Below, one piece after another: positions 55,616 through 64,000 of a stretch of 64,000 bases of DNA. Where the stretch lies: NCBI GenBank assembly GCA_020184695.1, contig JAANOX010000130.1, positions 124,001 to 188,000 of the forward strand, written 5' to 3'. The stretch's first letter is position 1. The number at the start of each line of letters is the position of its first letter. The position numbers were made by a program, and so were the translations under genes. The notes beneath the pieces were generated by a model. It made no database searches. It saw only the letters and a program-made list of their open reading frames with translations, and was not told where the DNA came from. Source of the DNA: Histomonas meleagridis 2922-C6/04-290x (lineage: Eukaryota; Protista; Parabasalia).

Positions 55616-57553
55616 TTATTCGATGTTTTCTTCATCATACAATTCCAATAAGCGCGATTCATATTTTGCCCTCAGCACTTGGTTCTTATTTTGTGTTGAG
55701 TCTTCATTTTCCTTTGATACCATTTGTATCAATTCTTGGTTTTCGAGAATCAGATTCAGAATATGTTCAGAACTCCGCAAATTCATTGCAGTAGCACGTT
55801 CTTTAAGGTATCCGAGCATTTCGCGCTTTGCAATTTTACTATCGACAAAAGACGAAATTCCAAGTCGCAAATCCCAATCTTTGATACATCGTTCAGTAGG
55901 AACTACCACTGCAACAGGATGGCTATGATGAGAATCAGCATAGACAAAGATAGATTTAACCCCATAGGCCTTGGAATAAATTTCGTGAAGATTTGATAAT
56001 GATATGAATTCTCCATGGCTAAGTTTAACTACTTGTCTTACTCGGTCAATGATTTGTACTTGGCCGTCGGATGTTAATATACCAATATCACCAGTGGCAT
56101 ACCAGCCATCAATAAAACTTTCTGATGTTTTTTGAGAATCGTGATAATACCCACTAAATAATGGTGGACCACGAAACATTAACTCGCCTGAGGGAGATTC
56201 TGATCGTGGATCATAATTCATACCTTCAACGGCTCGGAATTTCATGTCAATTGAAAGTGAAACAGGCCCTACTGAATTGTTATGTTGTGCACCTACTTCT
56301 TGAACACAACCAGATGCACATGTTTCTGTTAAGCCATAGCCCATTAATATATTGGGCGTAATAGCAGCACGAATCAAATCGAAGACTTCAGAAATCAGGG
56401 GTGCCCCGCCGCAAATTAAAAGCTTTACTCTACCGCCAAGTAAATCTTTGAAACGCTTGAGTAAAACAATATCAAGAAAGAAAGAATGTGGATCACCGCT
56501 CATTAAAGACTCGTTTTTGTATTTAAGAGTCCACGTTATGAAAGCCCTAACTAAGAAAGGTCGTTCCTTAATGAATTCATTGATGGCGTCATAAATGCGA
56601 TTAAATATTCGAGGTACACCGCACATAATAGTTGGCTGAAGTTCCTTACAATCAACAAAAATCTGACTGCTGGTGCCTGTGTAGAAGCCTATGCGAGCTC
56701 CTTGAACAAACATAATAAGCTGAGCGCTATACTCAAAGATATGAGCAAGTGGTAAGTAAGAAAAGTATGTATCTTTGGTAGTAACTGAACATCGAATTGC
56801 TCCCAAGCAAGCTGAGCCTGCAATGATTGATTGATGCGTAAGGATACAACCTTTAGGTTTATCGTCCGACCCATAATTGTACATTATCATGGATGTATCT
56901 TCTGGCGATGGGTAAAATCGTTGGAAATTTTTGTTTTCAATACCCATTTGAATGATATCATCAAATGCGTAAGATTCATTTGAAAAATGAGTAAATGTTA
57001 TTTTTAACTCGACATCAATTTCTGAGAAAATTTCGTTTGTTTCTTTTGCATTTATACCATCAATTATTAATGCTTTGCATGATGCATGGGATATAATGTA
57101 TTTTAATGACTTTCTCAATAATCCAGGAATTACAACTGGAATTGCTCCGATGAATTGAATTCCAAATTGTGAAATTTGCCATGGGATGCAAGACTTGGAA
57201 TAAATTGCAACCTTGTCTCCATTCTTTATACCAAGAGATTGAAGTCCAGCAGCAAAGTTTAAACATTTCTTGTAAAATTCATTATATGAAATCCATTTAA
57301 ACTTCCCAAAAGATCCATCTTTGAATAATGTTCTTTCTCCAACACAATCACGTTCTTTATATTTAAGCGCACCACATTCTATTATTTCTGGGATTGTGCA
57401 AACAGAAGGAAGTGTTTGAAATGTTCTGATAGGTTCTCCAAAATTTTCGTTTAAACGATTAGAGTTTATGTAAATTCCACTTTCGTTTTCGTTAGTGGGA
57501 GGCGAAACTAGTGTACAATATGCATTTGGCGTTTTTGATGGTTCGCTCCCCAT
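55616..57553 (-). CDS. Long-chain acyl-CoA synthetase family (AMP-binding) protein with a degenerate P-loop
   Basis: YLPLAHIFE, ICGGAPL, GYGLTET and GWYATGDIG are present, but the P-loop reads YNYGSDDKPKG. Confidence 0.88.
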   Translation of the reverse strand: MGSEPSKTPNAYCTLVSPPTNENESGIYINSNRLNENFGEPIRTFQTLPSVCTIPEIIECGALKYKERDCVGERTLFKDGSFGKFKWISYNEFYKKCLNFAAGLQSLGIKNGDKVAIYSKSCIPWQISQFGIQFIGAIPVVIPGLLRKSLKYIISHASCKALIIDGINAKETNEIFSEIDVELKITFTHFSNESYAFDDIIQMGIENKNFQRFYPSPEDTSMIMYNYGSDDKPKGCILTHQSIIAGSACLGAIRCSVTTKDTYFSYLPLAHIFEYSAQLIMFVQGARIGFYTGTSSQIFVDCKELQPTIMCGVPRIFNRIYDAINEFIKERPFLVRAFITWTLKYKNESLMSGDPHSFFLDIVLLKRFKDLLGGRVKLLICGGAPLISEVFDLIRAAITPNILMGYGLTETCASGCVQEVGAQHNNSVGPVSLSIDMKFRAVEGMNYDPRSESPSGELMFRGPPLFSGYYHDSQKTSESFIDGWYATGDIGILTSDGQVQIIDRVRQVVKLSHGEFISLSNLHEIYSKAYGVKSIFVYADSHHSHPVAVVVPTERCIKDWDLRLGISSFVDSKIAKREMLGYLKERATAMNLRSSEHILNLILENQELIQMVSKENEDSTQNKNQVLRAKYESRLLELYDEENIE

Positions 57554-57752
57554 GGATGATTAAAACGGTTATCGTCATTTCGGTGATAAAATTTTCATGT
57601 TAAAAAAATACAATAAAAACATCATTAAGCCTAATTTCTATAGTCAACTTGATTTGGTTATAACTTCAAGAAGATCTTAATTTTTAAAATCAATGTGAGT
57701 AAAATTTCAATTGATGAATAATATTCAAAATAATTATATCAATATAAATCGT

Positions 57753-58060
57753 TTAGTTAACAACATTTTTTGCCATCTTTATTAACTTCCAGCTTGCTAC
57801 TAATTTGTACACTTGGTTCAGACGCAAGTCTATGCATACATTTTTAAATAATCTATCAACATTAAGCCCAGTAAGAGCTGATGTCTGGAAAAACGTAAAG
57901 TCATTTTCTTCAGCATATTTAAGAGCAGTAGCTTCATCAACTTTTGATGATCCTTGAACCAAATCAACTTTGTTTCCGACAAGATATAGGACTGAGCTTC
58001 TTCCAACAGAATTTTTGAATGCTTCAAGCCATTTTGGGATTCCTTCAAAAGTACTTATGG
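57753..58060 (-). pseudogene. Rab/Ras-family GTPase 3' fragment (G4-G5 half only)
   Basis: STFEGIPKWLEAF...LYLVGNKVDL...FFQTSALTGLNVDRLF. No G1-G3 motifs upstream. Confidence 0.8.
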
Positions 58061-58074
58061 AATTTACATTTAAT

Positions 58075-59054
58075 TTTGTTAGATGTTATTCATATAAACT
58101 TTTCTTCAAAAAAAATATTCCAAATTATATTCTTTTTCCAGCTACAATTTCTCAAAATATTGAATTTGTTAAATATGTTCTTGACATTAGTAAAGAAATT
58201 AAAGACTATCCGAAAGATATTTTTTTTATTTTATAAAATATTTATTTTACGAATTTATTTTAAAAAAATGCTTTATGTCTATTTATATATTTTAATTATG
58301 TTCTGCTTTTTGCTTGCTCGATGGGTAATGCAGATATTGTTAAAATGCTTCTTGAACAAGAAGGGATTGATATTAATATTAAAAATTTTTATTAGATTTA
58401 TTTAAAATCTATAAAAATAACTTAATATATCATAATAATATTGGAAATTATTCTAAATATTTAAAACGCCACTCATGATGGCATCTTTTAATGGTCACAT
58501 AGATGTTGTTAAATTACTTCTTGAACAAGAAAGAATTGATATAAATGCTAAAGATATTTATTTGTTTTATTTGAAATTTATTTTAATAATTTGATATTTA
58601 AAAATGATATTTCAAAATTATTTGAAATATTTTTTTCATCACTTATGATAGAATCTTTATGTGGTCACACAGAAATAGTTAAACTTTTTCTTGAGCAAAA
58701 AGGAATTGATATAAATGCTGAAGATATTTACTTGATTTTTTTAAAGTTTATTTTTGATAATTTTATGATTCAAAATATTATTTGGATTCTATTTAAATTA
58801 TATTTTATTGCGTTATGTATTGCATGTTTTTATGGTCAAGCAGAAGTAGTTAAAATATTTCTCCAACAAAAAAGTAACGATATCAATTTTAAAACTGTTT
58901 ATATGCTTGATTTAATATTGATTTTAATAATTTAATTTACCAAAATTTTATACGGAAATTATTTGAATTGTTTGAAACACCACTTTCAATAGCATCAGAA
59001 AATGGTTATATAGAAACAGTTAAAATACTTATTTCTCATAAAAAAATTGGGTAA
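58075..59054 (+). pseudogene. 5'-truncated DUF3447/ankyrin gene (locus E) with five loop inserts (58219-58293, 58387-58462, 58556-58632, 58726-58803, 58897-58973; 75/76/77/78/77 nt)
   Basis: Four 93-nt ankyrin segments plus a terminal segment ETPLSIASENGYIETVKIL. Confidence 0.78.
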
Positions 59055-59339
59055 TTGTTTTACCCACTAGTTCATTAAAAGTTTTAAGAGTTGATCGCCC
59101 CCGTAAGGATGTACCATCATATTTAATTCACCTGCAATTAATTTTTAAGATATTATCTTTATTTTTCGGTTTTTCTGATGAAATTTTTTTTTTCTTTTCG
59201 ACCCAGCCCATTAGTGATAATAGTTTATGCATAAACCTATCAAAAACTTCGTATATCCTGCACAAATTGTCCGCGGTTATTATTTGGTCGGAGGTTGAGT
59301 AGTCAAAAAGTGACGGTTATTGTTCGGTCGCATGGCAAA

Positions 59340-62320
59340 CTTTATTTTTTATAAATGCTTAAACCTGTGACTAAAACGTATTTTCGTACTTCACAAAAAG
59401 AAAACCGTTTTTCCCCTGAATTTGTCGATTCACAAAATCCTAGATATATTGTAGTACAACAATGTAAGTGTAAATTTAAGGATTACTTAGTATCTGATGT
59501 TTCAATTCATGCTGATTTCATAGAACGTGATCATTATGAAGATTATTTTTGTATTTATACGAATGAAAATAGAACTAAATATAAGAAATATGAATATAAA
59601 AGTAGAAAACCAAATTTTAAAATATGATTTAAAGAAATGAATGGTAAAGAAATTGAACCAGAATATTTTATGTCAGAATTATTATTGATTTATTAAATTA
59701 AAATCATTTTTTATCAATGTTTAGTATTGAGAATGCTATGAAAGGTATAAAAACTAATGTTGTTACTGCTCCTGAAATTATTGATCAAGATGACTAACAA
59801 GAAGTTCCAGAAAATTATCCAACACATGATCAAATAACAGAAAAATTTGATAATTTAACTTCGATAACAATATTTCAATTATATTATAACATATCACCAT
59901 CAGATGAAAATATTCTACAAAAAGTCATACTCATAACACAATAAATAATGATTTAACAGTAAATGGGGATGTACAAGTTACTTCATTATATGGATTTCAA
60001 TCATCAACTGCAGATAGTGGTAAATGGGATACAAAATTATATGTACCTTCTATTATTACATTACAAGATGACGGTGTTGTAGAAGTTGGTCAATATATTG
60101 ATATGCATTATAATGCAAGTTATGATAAAAATGATACATATAGAATTACTGATAATACTAATTCATTAGATTTTAAATCAAAAACTGGTCCATCATCAAG
60201 TTTTGGAAGTAACGGGAATATTCAATGTGCGACTATAAATAATGTAGATACAACTAAAATATAGGGTGTCCAACCCTAAGTGTAGCATCTCCATATGTGA
60301 GCATATTTAATTATCAATAAATATATATAAATAATATATGAATATAACATTTTATTTTTTATGAATATGAAGTTTCATAAAAAATTAGATATAATAAGAT
60401 ATTTGAACTTTTTCGATAGAAAATTGGCAAAAATATACGTTTAAAATTATCGAAAAGTTCAAAATGGAACTCGATCAGAAATCAATTGCGATTTTACAAC
60501 ACTTACAAGGGAAAAATAAAAAATCAATATATACAGAAATGAAATTGACTCTTCAAGATCAATGTATTCCATCAATGTAAGTTTTTTCCCATTGATCTGT
60601 CATACACATAGTTAGAATGATATAACAGATATTTTTACAGCATCAAATACAGAAAATATAACATGTTCAACAATTAATGGTTTTGCTTCAAATTCATATC
60701 CTTCATATTCGAATGTAGATATTAGTGTACCCTCAATTGCAGTTATTAAAAATGATGGTGTTTTAGAAACAGGTCCATATATAGATATGCACGATAAAAA
60801 TTAATATGGTGCTGATTATACTTCTGATGATAATTTATTGATAAAACCAAATTAACAGATATATGGTTTCAGTTTTATTCAAGAAAAAGATATATTAGAT
60901 TGTAATAGATTGAATGTCACAGAGATAACTTGTTATCACACTTATCCAAGTCTAATAGAAAAATCAGGAAATACATAAAAATTATTAGGGAGAATTTATA
61001 CAGATAATACAATCAATTATACACAATATGGAAGATTATATTTTGATTCAGTGACAAAAAAGAAACAAAATGATGATACTTATGATGATATGAGTGCTTC
61101 ATCATATATTATTGCAACTACATATAGTACGTATGAAGGTGATGGATATATTGAACGAATATATACAACTATTATTCATTATGCTCCTGTTACAGAAGAT
61201 TTAACACAATTTCAAATTGGTTCACCAGTATTTTTAACAGGTAATGTTTATACTATAACCAATAAAGGTAAATATGTTACAAATACTACATCAACTGATT
61301 GTATTCCATCAGTTAAAACTACAGGCACTTATAAAAAATATTTATGTATTTGTGTAGCTAAACATGTAACTGGATATAAAGCTTCAATAGGTGAACTTAT
61401 TAAAAGAGAAGTAGAAATTTTACAAGATACTATTGATTACGCTTCACATGGAGATTTTTATTTTAGAGTAAATAATACCGCAGATTATGAAATTGGTGAT
61501 GTAATATTATTTGATGGTAATAAATTATCAGACGATTTAGTAATAACTACTAAAATATTAAATTCAATGGTTGGTAAAAAAACAGGAAAAATAGATGACC
61601 ATTTATTAAGTGTATACAAATAATAAAAAATAATTTATTTCATTTTTATTCTTTTATATGATGGATCCATTCAATAAAAGATAAAGAGAGATACGAAATT
61701 TATTCGAAACAATAATTAGGAATGAATTAAATAATCAAAATTCAACATCAAAAGGTGATTTGTATCTTCAAAATTTCATTAATTTTCTAGATGAAAAATA
61801 TAATGAGGAGGTTAAATTTACTCCTGAATTTAATACTGGTACAGAGCACTTATTTGATACATACAACAATATAGTTAATTATTTTATAGATAACATTTCA
61901 GAGAGAATAACAGGTTAACAATATAACAATAAAGGTTCTATAAATTATTAACGATTTGAATATAATATTATTAAAAATTATATCGAAAATGAAAAAATAA
62001 CACCTATAAATGGAAAAATTGGGCGAAAATCAATCCCAGAGCATTATGAATTTTATATTAGAACGATTATTATAAAATTGAATGATGTGTTGGCACATGA
62101 AGTTTTTGAAGCTAAAAAAAAGCCTATTAAATTTAATACATATTGTAAAGAATAAAAAAAAATTTATATGGTTATGCTGAAACCACTAAAACAGATGCAA
62201 AATATTGTTATTTATTAGCAGTAGAAGTTATATCCAGATTTTTATTTGCTACTTCTACTAATATAAAAATAAATGATAAAATAACTAGAAAGAAATCAAT
62301 AGAATCTATAGCTAAAGCTT
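59340..62320 (+). mobile_element. Decayed Maverick/Polinton-like endogenous virus segment: minor-capsid-like ORF (59355-59627), fibre-like repeats, conserved hypothetical ORF (61051-61623), integrase-like remnant (62161-62283)
   Basis: Very AT-rich co-oriented ORF remnants. FVDSQNPRYIVVQQCK...HADFIERDHYEDYF, YASHGDFYFRV and YLLAVEVISRFLFA resemble trichomonad Maverick ORFs (from recall, not searched). Confidence 0.55.
60264..60600 (+). mobile_element. Left-end fragment of a Tc1/mariner-like DNA transposon nested in the Maverick-like segment
   Basis: Begins after TA with GGGTGTCCAA. Short ORF 60464-60580 (MELDQKSIAILQHLQGKNKKSIYTEMKLTLQDQCIP) resembles a mariner N-terminal HTH. No right end was found. 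Confidence 0.5.
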
Positions 62321-62534
62321 AATTATAGGGCCATAACCTCATCACACCTGAAGGAAAGAACCAACTTCAGAACCAGTTTGGTGGTCATACCAATGAGTGG
62401 ATTTTCATTGAGAGCTCTTGCGACATCACATCAAGATCTCGAAACCACACTAAAACTTTAACCGTTGGCAAAATCCCAACCATATTGAAGTTAGGAAATA
62501 AATAATATTTTAAAGGAAAATATTCAAAAAGATT

Positions 62535-64000
62535 TTAAGAAGCTTCTTTATACTTGGATAAAAGATTCTCAATATCTTTAGCAACGCTCTTGTCTGCTGT
62601 CTTTGAATGACATACTACATCAATTGGTTGCAAATCATGGTTTTTAAGGTGTGTTGTTGCCTTGTTTTGGAGTAAGTATTCAACAATATCTTTGGCACCC
62701 ATAAATGAAGCATAGTATAATGGAGTTGTTCCTTCATTTGAGAGGGCATTGACATCGAGATGTTCTTGTTCAACAAGATATTGAACAATTTGCAATGACT
62801 GTGCCATTGCAGCTTCGTGAAGGAGTGTCAATCCAGTCTTTGGATCTCTTTCATTCTTATCAAAGTGTTGAACTTGCAACAGGTAATCGACAATTTGGAA
62901 TTGCTTATTTTTAATTGCATTGAACAAAGGACTGTATCCATCTGGTGTTGTCGCATGTTTGTTGCATTTAGTTTTTTCACAGAGATATTTGACAACAATG
63001 ATATCACCTCTTATGACAGCAGCTAGGAATGGAGTGATTCCATTTGAACCAATCTCAGTATCAATAGAATCATATTTAATAAGGAATTTAATGGTATCAA
63101 TGTTTTGATCCTTGCAGGCATTTTCAAACATTGTTTCTCCATCACCCATTTTTGCATTAATGTTAGCACCATGTTTAACAAGATATATAAATGAATCAAT
63201 TCGACCCAAAATATAAGCAACATGAAGAGGGGTGAATCCTTCGTCACTTAAGATTTCAGTATCTGCACCTGATTCAACAAGTATCTCAACATTATCAATA
63301 TCCTCTTCGTTCTTCATGACGGCAACGTGAAGTGGTGTGTTTCCATCTTTACCGACAATATTTGGATTTGCACCATGATCAAGCAAATACTTGACCATAT
63401 CATAAAGTTCAGGCTTTTGGGCTGCAAAGTGGAGGAATGTATACCCTGCGATCTCATTCTGGTAGTTAATATCTACAACCTTATTGTCAATGTAGTAAGC
63501 AAGAATTTCCATGTTTCCACTGATTGAAGCCAAAACAGGTGGGATGTTGTGATTTGCATCAGTGCAAAATGGATCACAGTGCTGCTCTTGATGAAGGTAT
63601 TGAAGAACTTCGACATGGTCTGTGATAGCAGCAATCCAGAGAGGTGTCATATTCTCCCCCGATTTCTTCTCTTTGTCAACCAATTTGTTTTCAAGGAGAT
63701 ATTTAACGATTTTAAGTGAGCCTGATTTGCATGCAATATGGAGGCTGTTAAGACCAACTGGATTTTCAGCGTTTGGATCCATGTGAAGTTTCTCAATTAA
63801 GTATTTTGAGATCTCAGTCTTCGAATAATTGACAGCACACATAAGGGGAGTAATGGACTCAAGTATTTGAATGAATTCATAATTTTGTTGTTCAACGAAA
63901 TATTTGACAATTTCAAGAGTGCCGTACATAGTTGACCACCATACTGGAGTATCGTGACTTTCACATTGAGCATTGACATCAGAATTCTTCTCTTCAACAA
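62535..64000 (-). CDS. Ankyrin-repeat protein with uninterrupted repeats, 5' end beyond the window
   Basis: The frame is open to the window edge. About 14 continuous repeats (e.g. GNTPLHVAVMK, GFTPLHVAYILG) with normal loop spacing. Confidence 0.92.
   Translation of the reverse strand, partial: VEEKNSDVNAQCESHDTPVWWSTMYGTLEIVKYFVEQQNYEFIQILESITPLMCAVNYSKTEISKYLIEKLHMDPNAENPVGLNSLHIACKSGSLKIVKYLLENKLVDKEKKSGENMTPLWIAAITDHVEVLQYLHQEQHCDPFCTDANHNIPPVLASISGNMEILAYYIDNKVVDINYQNEIAGYTFLHFAAQKPELYDMVKYLLDHGANPNIVGKDGNTPLHVAVMKNEEDIDNVEILVESGADTEILSDEGFTPLHVAYILGRIDSFIYLVKHGANINAKMGDGETMFENACKDQNIDTIKFLIKYDSIDTEIGSNGITPFLAAVIRGDIIVVKYLCEKTKCNKHATTPDGYSPLFNAIKNKQFQIVDYLLQVQHFDKNERDPKTGLTLLHEAAMAQSLQIVQYLVEQEHLDVNALSNEGTTPLYYASFMGAKDIVEYLLQNKATTHLKNHDLQPIDVVCHSKTADKSVAKDIENLLSKYKEAS

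Overview
AT-rich, gene-dense eukaryotic DNA that reads as a parabasalid (trichomonad, Tritrichomonas-like) genome. Evidence: DUF3447/ankyrin expansions, a BspA-type LRR gene, Inr/M5 promoter motifs and Maverick-type debris. About 23 ordinary housekeeping genes are present, including a PDI-like gene, two profilins, V-ATPase c, RLP24, CCDC12, BBS7, CPSF4, VPS15, a Clp1/NOL9 kinase, PP2C, a serpin, RPS19, CDC50, a TBC GAP and ESF2. Two things stand out. (1) Five DUF3447/ankyrin loci carry an AT-rich insert at exactly the same position in every ankyrin repeat (after ..INAK[D/N], before x-TAL). I measured 19 inserts by hand: 77 nt in 13, 75/76/78 nt in three, and 57/57/137 nt in one locus where the insert is built from a 20-nt tandem unit. 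They break the frame or contain stops, and have no frame-restoring GT-AG or AT-AC solution at conserved positions. Yet removing them leaves a clean 495-aa ORF at 17551-19346, so they are a candidate non-canonical intron or recoding system. (2) A decayed 5.8-kb R2/NeSL-like (RLE-type) non-LTR retrotransposon sits in the T-loop of an intron-containing tRNA-Tyr gene, with a 21-bp duplication that rebuilds the tRNA. Also present: a perfect (AAT)324 array next to a GC-rich structured island, Maverick/Polinton-like fragments with fibre-like repeats, a nested mariner-like end, and a profilin duplication bounded by the predicted mRNA ends. Family assignments come from motif recognition only; no searches were run, and I cannot confirm novelty against the literature.
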